Assembly (NCBI GenBank): GCA_902617625.1
Contig: CACMXJ010000004.1
Span: forward strand, 29,206 to 93,205
Source: an uncultured Pelagibacteraceae bacterium
GTDB lineage: Bacteria > Pseudomonadota > Alphaproteobacteria > Pelagibacterales > Pelagibacteraceae
DNA: 64,000 nucleotides
Reading direction: 5' to 3'
Under the pieces are notes generated by a model, which saw only the letters and a program-made list of their open reading frames with translations, was not told the DNA's origin and made no database searches. The position numbers and the translations under genes are program-made. Below, piece by piece: positions 1 to 8,410 of the stretch (position 1 is its first letter; each line of letters starts with the position of its first letter).

Positions 1-195
1 AACAAATAATGGAATTTGTAATCCAAAGTTTGTTAGTATCGCTTTATCTTTGCTCATAAATCCAGCTATAGTCCATCCAACAACTCCTAATCCATGAAAA
101 TATATATTTAATGGATATATATTTAAGTTTGTAAGAAGTATTCCTACTAAAACTAAGAATGTACTAATCCACTTTAGATATTTTTTTATAAACAT
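1..195 (-). CDS. Partial CDS (first 65 codons; continues past the window start): small hydrophobic membrane protein, function unknown
   Basis: My own reverse-complement read gives ATG at 195-193, then MFIKKYLKWISTFLVLVGILLTNLNIYPLNIYFHGLGVVGWTIAGFMSKDKAILTNFGLQIPLFV, open to position 1. It is absent from the ORF track because it is truncated. Two hydrophobic segments. Confidence 0.4.
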   Translation of the reverse strand, partial: MFIKKYLKWISTFLVLVGILLTNLNIYPLNIYFHGLGVVGWTIAGFMSKDKAILTNFGLQIPLFV

Positions 196-265
196 GAAAC
201 TCTCCTTTAGCTTTTATTATTTTAGTTATGTTAAGAATTTATTACAGTTTGAAGGAAAAATAATC

Positions 266-997
266 TTATTTGTTGTCTTCCCAATCAAATCTTGGAAAAG
301 AATCAAAAATTTTAAAGATACCACTAGACCATTGATCACAGACCTTAGAATATTCGGTATCAGTAATATTTAGGCATTTTTGTGAAGCGATTTTATATTC
401 ATCTTTTTTATAGACAGCAAAATCAATAGGAGGGCCTACGGTTAAATCACTTTTTAAAGTTGAGTCCATTGAGATTAGAGCACAACGTGATGCATCACCA
501 ATAGATACGCTTGGTTTTATAACTCTATCTAAAATAGGTTTGCCGTATTTTACTTCACCAATAACCAAATAAGGTTTGCTGTCAGCTGGTTTTATATAAT
601 TTCCTTGCGAGTATACTAAGTATAATTCTAAAGGTTGACCTTTGATTTGACCACCAACTAGAAATGTAGATCCCAATAAAACTGTATCAGTATTTATTCC
701 TTTAGGTGATGAATGTTCAATATTTAAAGATCCTATATATGATGCAATTTGATCAAAGTCTTTACATGTATTTAAATTCATTATTCCGCTGTCGTCTTTA
801 AGATCTTTTTCAATAGATTTATATACTGCTTGAGATGTACCTAAGTTTCCAGAAGTAACTATAATGACACTCCTATCACCAACGTCATGAACAAACATTT
901 TTGAGTAAATATTAACATTATCTAGTCCAGCATTTGTTCTAGAGTCTGAGGCGAAAACAATTCCGTCTTGAGCTTTAATTCCAACACAGTAAGTCAT
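266..997 (-). CDS. Proteasome-type N-terminal-nucleophile protease, Anbu-like (COG3484 family)
   Basis: 243 aa. The N-terminus is MTYCVGIKAQDGIVFASDSRTNAG, with Thr2 directly after Met and a proteasome beta-subunit-like fold signature. It is divergent from an ATP-grasp gene, the usual Anbu partner. Confidence 0.75.
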   Translation of the reverse strand: MTYCVGIKAQDGIVFASDSRTNAGLDNVNIYSKMFVHDVGDRSVIIVTSGNLGTSQAVYKSIEKDLKDDSGIMNLNTCKDFDQIASYIGSLNIEHSSPKGINTDTVLLGSTFLVGGQIKGQPLELYLVYSQGNYIKPADSKPYLVIGEVKYGKPILDRVIKPSVSIGDASRCALISMDSTLKSDLTVGPPIDFAVYKKDEYKIASQKCLNITDTEYSKVCDQWSSGIFKIFDSFPRFDWEDNK

Positions 998-1105
998 TTG
1001 AACTATTAATAATTAATAATTAAGTAACATATAATTAAATTCAAGCATAGCTGATATAACTAGATCGCAATTGATTGTTTAAGCTTATTATTAAAAAATC
1101 CTCAA

Positions 1106-2548
1106 ATGAGCAGTAAACTTTGGAATAATTATAATGCTACTAAAGCGTATGATGGTTATTTTACTAGTGAGAATAAACTAAGAAAACATGCAGTTATAAT
1201 CTCGAATATTTTAGAAAGATATGGAAAAGATAAACTTCAAGAAATTGAAAAAAATTGTCAAAGCACAATAAGCGCCAGAGGTATTAATTTTAGAGTTTAT
1301 GCTGCTAATAACAGGGCGGAGGAAAAGAAATGGCCATTAGATATTATTCCAAGGATAATTCCAAAATCACAATGGAATAAGGTAACCAAAGGTCTAAAGC
1401 AAAGAGTAAAAGCTTTAAATTTATTTATAGATGATGTTTATAATCAAAAGAAAATTTTTAAAGACAATATTATACCTAGAGAAATTATTTTTAATTCACC
1501 CTATTATGTTAAGGAATGTGAGGGATTTTCACCAAAATATAAATCTTGGGCGAATATATCTGGGGTAGATTTAATCAGAAATAAGAGCGGGGAATATTTA
1601 GTTCTTGAGGACAATCTTAGAGTTCCTTCAGGTGTTTCTTATATGCTTGAAAATAGAATGGTAATGAGAGATGTCTTTCCTGAACTTTTTACAAGGTATA
1701 AAGTTGCATCTATACACCAATATACTAATAAACTTTTTAATTGTATGAACGAGTGTATACCGAAAAAAACTGCTAACCCGCACATGGTTGTATTAACTCC
1801 TGGAATTTATAATTCTGCGTATTTTGAACATTCTTTTTTAGCTGAACAAATGGGTGTTGCATTGGTAGAAGGAAAAGATCTTTTTGTAGAAAACGATATG
1901 GTTTACATGAAAACTGTAAAAGGTCCTTTAAAAGTTGACTGCATCTATAGAAGACTAGACGATAATTTCTTAGATCCTAAAGCCTTTAATAAAGACTCTT
2001 TAATTGGTGTTCCAGGACTTTTTAAGTGTTGGTTGAAAAAAAATGTTGGTATTGTGAATGCAATAGGTACAGGTATAGCTGATGATAAAGTAGTTTATTC
2101 ATACGTAAATAAAATGATTGTTTATTATTTGGGAGAACAACCCATATTAAATCAGGTTGAAACTTATTTATGTCATGACAAAATACAAAGAGATTATGTG
2201 TTAGAAAATATGTCTAGATTAGTTGTAAAACCAGCTAATGCTTCCGGTGGATATGGAATAATGATAGGTCCGAAGGCTTCTTTAAAAGAGAGAACGGAAG
2301 TAGCTGAGAAAATTAAAAAAAATCCAAGAGAATATATCGCTCAACCTTTGGAAACACTGTCTACAGCTCCAACTATTACTGAAAAAAATATAGAGCCAAG
2401 ACATTTGGATTTAAGACCATTTATTTTAAGTGGGAAAACAAACTATGTAACAACTGGTGGCCTAACTAGAGTTGCTCTTAGAAAAGGAAGTACAATCGTA
2501 AATAGTTCTCAAGGCGGGGGATCGAAAGACACCCTAATAGTAGAATAG
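1106..2548 (+). CDS. Circularly permuted type-2 ATP-grasp protein (COG2308 family)
   Basis: 480 aa, the typical length for this family. Conserved stretches include LEDNLRVPSGVSYMLENR and KPANASGGYGI. Pairs with the Anbu-like gene. Confidence 0.75.
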   Translation: MSSKLWNNYNATKAYDGYFTSENKLRKHAVIISNILERYGKDKLQEIEKNCQSTISARGINFRVYAANNRAEEKKWPLDIIPRIIPKSQWNKVTKGLKQRVKALNLFIDDVYNQKKIFKDNIIPREIIFNSPYYVKECEGFSPKYKSWANISGVDLIRNKSGEYLVLEDNLRVPSGVSYMLENRMVMRDVFPELFTRYKVASIHQYTNKLFNCMNECIPKKTANPHMVVLTPGIYNSAYFEHSFLAEQMGVALVEGKDLFVENDMVYMKTVKGPLKVDCIYRRLDDNFLDPKAFNKDSLIGVPGLFKCWLKKNVGIVNAIGTGIADDKVVYSYVNKMIVYYLGEQPILNQVETYLCHDKIQRDYVLENMSRLVVKPANASGGYGIMIGPKASLKERTEVAEKIKKNPREYIAQPLETLSTAPTITEKNIEPRHLDLRPFILSGKTNYVTTGGLTRVALRKGSTIVNSSQGGGSKDTLIVE

Positions 2549-2599
2549 ATTAATATTAATATTAATTTTAATTTTCAAATTTTTTGAAGAGATGCAGTA

Positions 2600-2938
2600 T
2601 TAAAAAAAATTGGTTATATATTTATGAATAAAGAAACCAACAATTATAAATCCTAAGCCTGTGCCATAAATTAGGAAGAAATTCATATTAAATGATTTCG
2701 CAAAAAAGAACGGTAAAAAAAATAAATAACTCACAGGTACCGCAACCAGTATACTTTTAGTAAATAGAATTGTTTTTTCTATATCATTATGCTCATAGTA
2801 GGAAAAAGCTATAGCTATGAGTGATACAAGAGGCAAGGCGATAATAAAACCTGCAAGTTTTGGATTTTGACCAGAAAGCCAGCTAGCAAAGGCTATTATA
2901 ATTGCAGCAAGTACAATCTTTAAAGTAAAAAATATCAT
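2600..2938 (-). CDS. Small integral membrane protein (4 predicted TM segments), function unknown
   Basis: 112 aa and strongly hydrophobic. Same strand as znuCB-zur and directly downstream of it. The start codon is embedded in a 16-bp palindrome. Confidence 0.6.
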   Translation of the reverse strand: MIFFTLKIVLAAIIIAFASWLSGQNPKLAGFIIALPLVSLIAIAFSYYEHNDIEKTILFTKSILVAVPVSYLFFLPFFFAKSFNMNFFLIYGTGLGFIIVGFFIHKYITNFF

Positions 2939-2978
2939 CGATGATATGACTTTATTAAAAAAATATCATTAATGATAT
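2932..2978. promoter_or_regulatory. Two copies of a perfect 16-bp palindrome, ATATCAT-NN-ATGATAT (2932-2947 and 2963-2978): candidate operator pair
   Basis: Read directly: aATATCATCGATGATATgactttattaaaaaaATATCATTAATGATATgg. Centres are 31 bp apart. The first copy overlaps the start codon (2938-2936) of the 112-aa membrane gene. The second lies 5 nt after the zur stop. Confidence 0.45.
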
Positions 2979-2982
2979 GGTT

Positions 2983-3390
2983 TTATTTAAGTGTACACTT
3001 TTTGCATAAACCAAAAAACTCAAGATTATATTTACTGTATTTCATACCATCTTTGTCTTTGAAGTTAGCTAAGTATTTGGAAAGACCTGCGCTACTTATT
3101 TCTGTTACTTTCTCACAAATCTCACAGATTGAAAATGCAGTAGCTTTAGCCACCTGACAATTTGAATTATGACATGCAATAAAGGCATTTCTACTTTCAA
3201 TTTTATGAATTTTACCTATTTCAACTAACTTATCTAATGCTCGATACACTTGCAGAGGAGCTTTAATACCTTTTTTTTGAACATTATAGAGTATTGAGTA
3301 GGCCTTAAGTGGCTGAGGTGATTTATCAATTAAATCAAAAATAATTTTCTGATTTTTGGTGAGATTATGCTCTTTGTGCATTTTATTCAT
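2983..3390 (-). CDS. zur: Fur-family zinc uptake regulator Zur
   Basis: 135 aa with a winged-helix N-terminal half, paired Cys motifs (CHNSNC, CEICEK, CKKC) and a position downstream of znuCB, as in other alphaproteobacteria. Confidence 0.8.
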   Translation of the reverse strand: MNKMHKEHNLTKNQKIIFDLIDKSPQPLKAYSILYNVQKKGIKAPLQVYRALDKLVEIGKIHKIESRNAFIACHNSNCQVAKATAFSICEICEKVTEISSAGLSKYLANFKDKDGMKYSKYNLEFFGLCKKCTLK

Positions 3391-3405
3391 TTTACTGATT
3401 CCTCA

Positions 3406-4209
3406 TTAGTTTTTCAATTTAATCGTTTGTTTTATTTTTAGTAATGAGATTATAAACAGCGCTAATGCAGCAGTAATTATTGATGGACCCGATGGAGTGT
3501 TGAATTCTAAAGATGAAAATAGACCTATCACTACTGACAACAAGCCACCAATAATTGAAAAAAAAACCATCTTTTGAGGATTGTCTGAAAGGTTTCTGGC
3601 CATAGCAGTTGGTATAATTAACATTCCTGTTATCAACAATACTCCAACTAATTTAATTGAAATGGCAATTATTGCTGCTAATAAGATTGTAAACACTGCT
3701 TTTGCTCTATCAGGTTTAAGACCTTCTGCTTCTGCTAATTCATAATTTACAGTTGAAGCAAATAATGGCCTCCAGATTAATCTTAAAACCAGTAAAATTA
3801 AGCTTCCTCCAACCCATATAGTCACTAAATCTTTTTTGCTAACAGCCAAAATATCTCCGAACAATAGTCCCATTATATCAAATCTAATGAATGCTAAAAA
3901 CCCAATCACAACCAACCCAACTGCTAGAGATGAGTGAGCCAAAAGACCTAACAATGCATCACTTGGTAAATTAGTTTTTTTTTGTAGTTGTATTAAAATT
4001 AATGCAATTACTGACGAAATTAAAAATATTGAAACAGCAATATTAAATTCTAATGAATAAGCAATTGTTACACCCAGCAACGCAGAGTGGGCAAGTGTGT
4101 CTCCAAAATAAGATAATCTTCTCCAAACAACAAAACAACCAAGAGGACCAGCAACAAAAGCAATACCAATTCCTGCAACCAATGCTCTTATAAAAAAATC
4201 ATCAAGCAT
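3406..4209 (-). CDS. znuB: Zinc ABC transporter permease ZnuB
   Basis: 267 aa polytopic membrane protein of the ABC-3 family (GDTLAHSALLGV). Abuts znuC, leaving a 1-nt gap. Confidence 0.9.
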   Translation of the reverse strand: MLDDFFIRALVAGIGIAFVAGPLGCFVVWRRLSYFGDTLAHSALLGVTIAYSLEFNIAVSIFLISSVIALILIQLQKKTNLPSDALLGLLAHSSLAVGLVVIGFLAFIRFDIMGLLFGDILAVSKKDLVTIWVGGSLILLVLRLIWRPLFASTVNYELAEAEGLKPDRAKAVFTILLAAIIAISIKLVGVLLITGMLIIPTAMARNLSDNPQKMVFFSIIGGLLSVVIGLFSSLEFNTPSGPSIITAALALFIISLLKIKQTIKLKN

Positions 4210-4210
4210 G

Positions 4211-4957
4211 TTAATTTTTTTTTATATCTCCATCAATAGTATGAACATGATCATGATTATGTTCATATCTTGTAAGTATTTGAGCTGCTTTTTCTCCAAA
4301 TAAAGCTTTATATTCATTATTTTTTGCAACATCTATAGGTGATCCTGAACAACATACATGGCCATTTAAACAAACTACGTGGTCAGTAGCGCTCATTACA
4401 GTATGAAGATCGTGTGAGACTAATAAAATACCACAATTTAATTCATCAGAGATTTTTTTAATTAATTCGTATAAAGCAATCTCTCCAGTAAAATCTACTC
4501 CTTGAACGGGTTCATCAAGAACTAATAATTCTGGTTTTTTTGAAATAGCTCTTGCCAATAAAACTCTTTGAAATTCACCTCCTGATAAATTACCTAAATT
4601 TTTATCTTTAAGATTTATCACACCAGTTGATGATAAAGCCTCATTTACTGCCTCATCCTCAATGTTTTCCGTTAGCAACATAAAATCATGAACTCTTAGA
4701 GGCAATGTCCAATCGATTGATATTTTTTGAGGAACATAGCCAATTTTATCAGTATATTTTTCAACCTCGCCATCAATTTTTTTATGTATACCTAGGGCAA
4801 TTTTTGCAATGGTGCTTTTGCCTGAACCATTTGGTCCAATGAGAGTTACAATTTTGCCTTTTTCAATGATAAAAGACACATCCCGAACAAGCCATTTATT
4901 TTTATGACGGTACCCAGCATTATTTAACTTTATTAGTATATTATTATTTAAACTCAT
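4211..4957 (-). CDS. znuC: Zinc ABC transporter ATPase ZnuC
   Basis: Walker A GPNGSGKST, signature LSGGEFQR, Walker B LLVLDEP, and a His-rich C-terminal tail (HNHDHVH). Confidence 0.9.
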   Translation of the reverse strand: MSLNNNILIKLNNAGYRHKNKWLVRDVSFIIEKGKIVTLIGPNGSGKSTIAKIALGIHKKIDGEVEKYTDKIGYVPQKISIDWTLPLRVHDFMLLTENIEDEAVNEALSSTGVINLKDKNLGNLSGGEFQRVLLARAISKKPELLVLDEPVQGVDFTGEIALYELIKKISDELNCGILLVSHDLHTVMSATDHVVCLNGHVCCSGSPIDVAKNNEYKALFGEKAAQILTRYEHNHDHVHTIDGDIKKN

Positions 4958-4973
4958 TTTATTGCTTGACTTT

Positions 4974-5010
4974 GAAATGTTATATTATTACATAATGTTA
5001 TATTATAACA
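4974..5010. promoter_or_regulatory. Tandem Zur boxes in the znuCB-zur / znuA divergent promoter
   Basis: TGTTATATTATAACA (4996-5010) is a perfect 7-1-7 palindrome matching the core of the enterobacterial Zur consensus GAAATGTTATAWTATAACATTTC. ATGTTATATTATTACAT (4977-4993) pairs at 7 of 8 positions. The 13-nt AATGTTATATTAT occurs twice (4976-4988 and 4994-5006). Confidence 0.65.
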
Positions 5011-5030
5011 ATAACTAAACGCTTTAAATT

Positions 5031-6113
5031 ATGACAAAACTCAAAAAAATTCCATTAATTTTATCAATTTTATCAATTATAACTTTTTTTTCACCATTAA
5101 ACGCTGAAATAAAAGTTGTAGCCTCTATTAAACCAATACATTCTCTTGCTGCTTATTTAATGGATGGTGTAAACAAACCAGAATTAATAGTTGATGGATA
5201 TTCCTCTCCTCACGGATTTGCATTAAAACCGTCTCACGCAAAAATGTTACAAGAGGCTGATCTTATATTTTGGGTTGGCGAAGACTTAGAAAATTTTTTA
5301 GAAAAACCATTAGGTTCAATTGCTAAAAAGGCAGAAAAAATTGAATTGTTAGAAATAAAGGGTCTCACAAAATTAAAGTTTAGAGAAAGAAATATTTTTG
5401 ATGGTCACGACGATCATGGTCATAAAGATGACGATCACGATGATCACGATAAGCAAGCAAAAAAAGACGACCACGATGACCACGATCATGACAAAGAAGG
5501 TCATAAAGAAGATGATCATGATGATCATGATCATGACAAAGAAGGCAAAAAGAAAGATGACCACGATGATCATGGACATGATGAACACGGACATGAAGGT
5601 CATGCACATGGAGAATTTGATCCACATATTTGGTTGGATCCAATGAATGCAAAAATTATACTAAAAGAAATGGCTGAGCATTTGATTGAAAAAGATCAAA
5701 AAAATTCATCTATCTATAAAAGAAATCTTAAAAAAGGATTAAAAGATTTAGACAAATTAACAAGTGATGTAAAATCTGATTTAAATAAAGAATTTAAATC
5801 AATTGTATTCCACGATGCATATCAATATTTTGAGAAAAGATTTGATGTAAATGTATTAGGAGCTTTTACAGTGAATACCGATGTTTTGCCAGGTGCCGAG
5901 CAGTTATCTGAAATTAGAGAAATAATCGAACATGATAAAGTAAGCTGTATATTTTCAGAGCCACAGTTTAACCCTGATATTATTAAGGCTGTAGCAAAAG
6001 ATACTAACGTTGCAACAGGCGTAATTGATCCATTAGGGGCAACACTTAACCCTGGCAAAGATCTATACTTCGATTTAATTGGCAATATGTCTAAATCTTT
6101 TAAAGGCTGTTAA
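5031..6113 (+). CDS. znuA: Periplasmic zinc-binding protein ZnuA with a long His/Asp-rich loop
   Basis: 360 aa with a signal peptide and a cluster-9 solute-binding fold (HGFALKPS, DPHIWLDP, FHDAYQYF). A His/Asp loop of about 70 aa lies in the middle. Confidence 0.9.
   Translation: MTKLKKIPLILSILSIITFFSPLNAEIKVVASIKPIHSLAAYLMDGVNKPELIVDGYSSPHGFALKPSHAKMLQEADLIFWVGEDLENFLEKPLGSIAKKAEKIELLEIKGLTKLKFRERNIFDGHDDHGHKDDDHDDHDKQAKKDDHDDHDHDKEGHKEDDHDDHDHDKEGKKKDDHDDHGHDEHGHEGHAHGEFDPHIWLDPMNAKIILKEMAEHLIEKDQKNSSIYKRNLKKGLKDLDKLTSDVKSDLNKEFKSIVFHDAYQYFEKRFDVNVLGAFTVNTDVLPGAEQLSEIREIIEHDKVSCIFSEPQFNPDIIKAVAKDTNVATGVIDPLGATLNPGKDLYFDLIGNMSKSFKGC
5461..5595 (+). repeat. Three imperfect 45-nt (15-codon) tandem repeats encoding KKDDHDDHDHDKEGH / KEDDHDDHDHDKEGK / KKDDHDDHGHDEHGH inside znuA
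   Basis: Read from the DNA and the translation. The copies differ mainly at synonymous gac/gat and cac/cat positions. Confidence 0.6.
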
Positions 6114-6120
6114 TTAATTA

Positions 6121-7095
6121 ATGGAAGAAACCGATAGACAGGTTCCGGTCACTGTATTAACAGGTTTTCTTGGTGCTGGAAAAACTACACTTCTTAATAG
6201 AATTCTTACAGAACAGCACGGCAAGAAATACGCCGTTATTGTAAATGAATTTGGTGAACAAGGTATTGATAATGACCTTGTAGTGGATGCTGACGAGGAA
6301 GTTTTTGAAATGAACAATGGCTGTATATGCTGCACAGTCAGAGGTGACCTAATTAGAATACTTAGTGGGTTAATGAAGCGAGCTGATAAACTTGATGCAA
6401 TTATAGTTGAAACAACTGGTTTAGCAGATCCAGCTCCTGTGGCTCAAACCTTCTTTGTAGATCAAGATGTAGCAAATAAAACAAAGCTAGATGCAATTGT
6501 TACAGTTGCAGATGCAGTTCATTTAAGCTCACAAATTGAGGATCATCACGAAGCTGAGGAACAAATTGCTTTTGGTGATGTAATATTACTAAATAAAATA
6601 GATCTTGTGAAAGATGAGAATATAGAGGTAGTGACAAAGAGAATTCGTAAAATTAATCCTTTTGCAAAAATTATTAAAACTACAAAATGTGGAGCACCAC
6701 TTAAGGAAATTCTTAATCTTGATGCTTTTAGTTTAAAACGTATTTTAGAGGTAGAACCAGATTTTCTTGAGTCAGATCATGACCATGAACATGATGATGA
6801 TGTTACAAGTTTATCATTCGTATCTAATACACCCCTTGATATGGAAAAATTTCAAAACTGGTTTGGAAAACTTTTACAGACAAAAGGTCAAGATATTATG
6901 AGAACTAAGGGAATACTTGATTTTAAAGATGAAAATGATCGATATGTATTTCAAGGCGTTCATATGTTGATGGATGCTTCTCCTATGGGAAAATGGCCCG
7001 AAAATAAAGAACGTAGTTCTAGACTAGTTTTTATTGGACGTAACTTAGATACAATGAATTTAAAAGAGGGATTTGAAGCCTGTAAATCAGAATGA
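6121..7095 (+). CDS. COG0523-family GTPase (CobW/ZigA/YeiR-like putative zinc metallochaperone)
   Basis: P-loop GFLGAGKTTLLN, CxCC motif GCICCTV, and a His/Asp stretch SDHDHEHDDD before the C-terminal domain. Starts 7 nt after the znuA stop. Confidence 0.85.
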   Translation: MEETDRQVPVTVLTGFLGAGKTTLLNRILTEQHGKKYAVIVNEFGEQGIDNDLVVDADEEVFEMNNGCICCTVRGDLIRILSGLMKRADKLDAIIVETTGLADPAPVAQTFFVDQDVANKTKLDAIVTVADAVHLSSQIEDHHEAEEQIAFGDVILLNKIDLVKDENIEVVTKRIRKINPFAKIIKTTKCGAPLKEILNLDAFSLKRILEVEPDFLESDHDHEHDDDVTSLSFVSNTPLDMEKFQNWFGKLLQTKGQDIMRTKGILDFKDENDRYVFQGVHMLMDASPMGKWPENKERSSRLVFIGRNLDTMNLKEGFEACKSE

Positions 7096-8126
7096 CAACT
7101 GATTTAAATCAATTTCCAGAGCTAGATAAAACTAAATTTGAACAAAGAGGAATTCAGTTAGAAATTGGAGTTCCAGTTACCTGCGCGGTTTCAATTGGTA
7201 ATAATATAGCTGCTGGTTTTGGTGATGGTACTGTAAGAATTTTCAGTTCTGGAGAAAAACACAAAACTTTAAAGGCTCATAAGGGTGTTATACTTTGCAT
7301 GTCAAAGGATGGTGATAGTATTTTAACTGGTGGTGATGATGGTTATTTTTTAAAAATTTCACTTAATGGAGAAATTAATGAAATTACAAACTTTGGTTCA
7401 CGATGGGTAGACCACGTTGCAGCATATAATGGAAACCTAGTCTGTTCCTCAGGTAAGGTAGTTTACTATTGGGATAAAAATAAAAAAGAACCAAAATCTT
7501 TAAATCATGATAGTACGATTGGAGGTTTAGCATTTGATGCTAAAGGAAGACGGTTGGCTGTATCTAGATACGGAGGTGTTACAATTTGGAAAAAAGATTA
7601 CAGTAATAAATGGAAATCAACAAAATTAGATTGGAAAGGTTCTCACAACAAAGTGAGTTTTAGCCCAGATGGTAAATACTTGGTAACGTCTATGCAAGAA
7701 AATGTACTTCGATGCTGGCGTTTAAAAGATAAGCTTGATTTTGCTATGTCAGGATATGGCTCAAAAGTTAAAAGTTTTGCATTCATTAGTGATACAAGTT
7801 ACTTGGTAACATCAGGAGCGATAGATGCAATATGTTGGCCCTTTGACGGTGAAGGACCAATGGGACGTAAACCTATTTGTCTTCCTTATATAGGAAATAA
7901 ACAAGTTACATTTATCGAACCATTTCCTGATGAAAAAGCAATTTTTGCTGGTTTGAGTGATGGTTCTGTTTTTTTATCTCAAATTGAAAATGAAAATAAC
8001 ACTATAATAATTAGAAGTTTCACAGGTTCTGAAGTTAGTGCAATCGCAATGACTCATGATAAATCAAGTATATTTATTGGTGACATGAATGGAAATACTT
8101 TATGGACTTCAATTTGGGATCAATAA
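7092..8126 (+). CDS. WD40/beta-propeller repeat protein, function unknown
   Basis: 344 aa with repeated propeller-blade-like units (GFGDGTVRIFS, LTGGDDGYFLK, FSPDGKYLVTS, AGLSDGSVFLS, FIGDMNGNTLW). ATGA overlap with the COG0523 stop. Confidence 0.7.
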   Translation: MTTDLNQFPELDKTKFEQRGIQLEIGVPVTCAVSIGNNIAAGFGDGTVRIFSSGEKHKTLKAHKGVILCMSKDGDSILTGGDDGYFLKISLNGEINEITNFGSRWVDHVAAYNGNLVCSSGKVVYYWDKNKKEPKSLNHDSTIGGLAFDAKGRRLAVSRYGGVTIWKKDYSNKWKSTKLDWKGSHNKVSFSPDGKYLVTSMQENVLRCWRLKDKLDFAMSGYGSKVKSFAFISDTSYLVTSGAIDAICWPFDGEGPMGRKPICLPYIGNKQVTFIEPFPDEKAIFAGLSDGSVFLSQIENENNTIIIRSFTGSEVSAIAMTHDKSSIFIGDMNGNTLWTSIWDQ

Positions 8127-8129
8127 AAA

Positions 8130-8372
8130 ATGTTTAATAAAAAAAAACCAAATTTAGAAACAATTCAGGATTTAAAAAATTATTTTATAAAAAAATATGA
8201 AATACCAGAAAGTACAATTTTAAGCATTGCTGAATTAAATTGTCACGAACCTGATTGTCCTCCGACAGAAACAGTAGTAACTGCTAGATCAATAGATGGA
8301 TCTACCCAAAACTGGAAAATCCATAAACCTATAGATGAAATAAGTGAAAATGACGTTAATGATTTAGAATAA
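8130..8372 (+). CDS. Small hypothetical protein with a CHEPDC (C-x4-C) motif
   Basis: 80 aa. Starts 3 nt after the WD40 stop on the same strand. I recognise no family. Confidence 0.5.
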   Translation: MFNKKKPNLETIQDLKNYFIKKYEIPESTILSIAELNCHEPDCPPTETVVTARSIDGSTQNWKIHKPIDEISENDVNDLE

Positions 8373-8410
8373 AAATTGATCTTTAGTTATAAATAATATC
8401 TAATAATGGG

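Noticed and set aside
2972-3157. 61-aa plus-strand ORF overlapping zur
   Set aside because: It is antisense to a clear Fur-family CDS, has no recognisable motif, and is a typical chance ORF for AT-rich DNA.
5373-5652. Three overlapping ORFs (5373..5627 minus, 5380..5652 minus, 5398..5646 plus) inside znuA
   Set aside because: They are by-products of the GAY/CAY-rich His/Asp repeat, which is open in several frames. Their translations are low-complexity (MI/VI or HD/R strings), and they lie entirely within a well-supported znuA.
6114-6335. 73-aa minus-strand ORF at the start of the COG0523 gene
   Set aside because: It is antisense to the P-loop region of a confidently identified GTPase. The sequence is Ser/Thr/Pro-rich and unstructured-looking.
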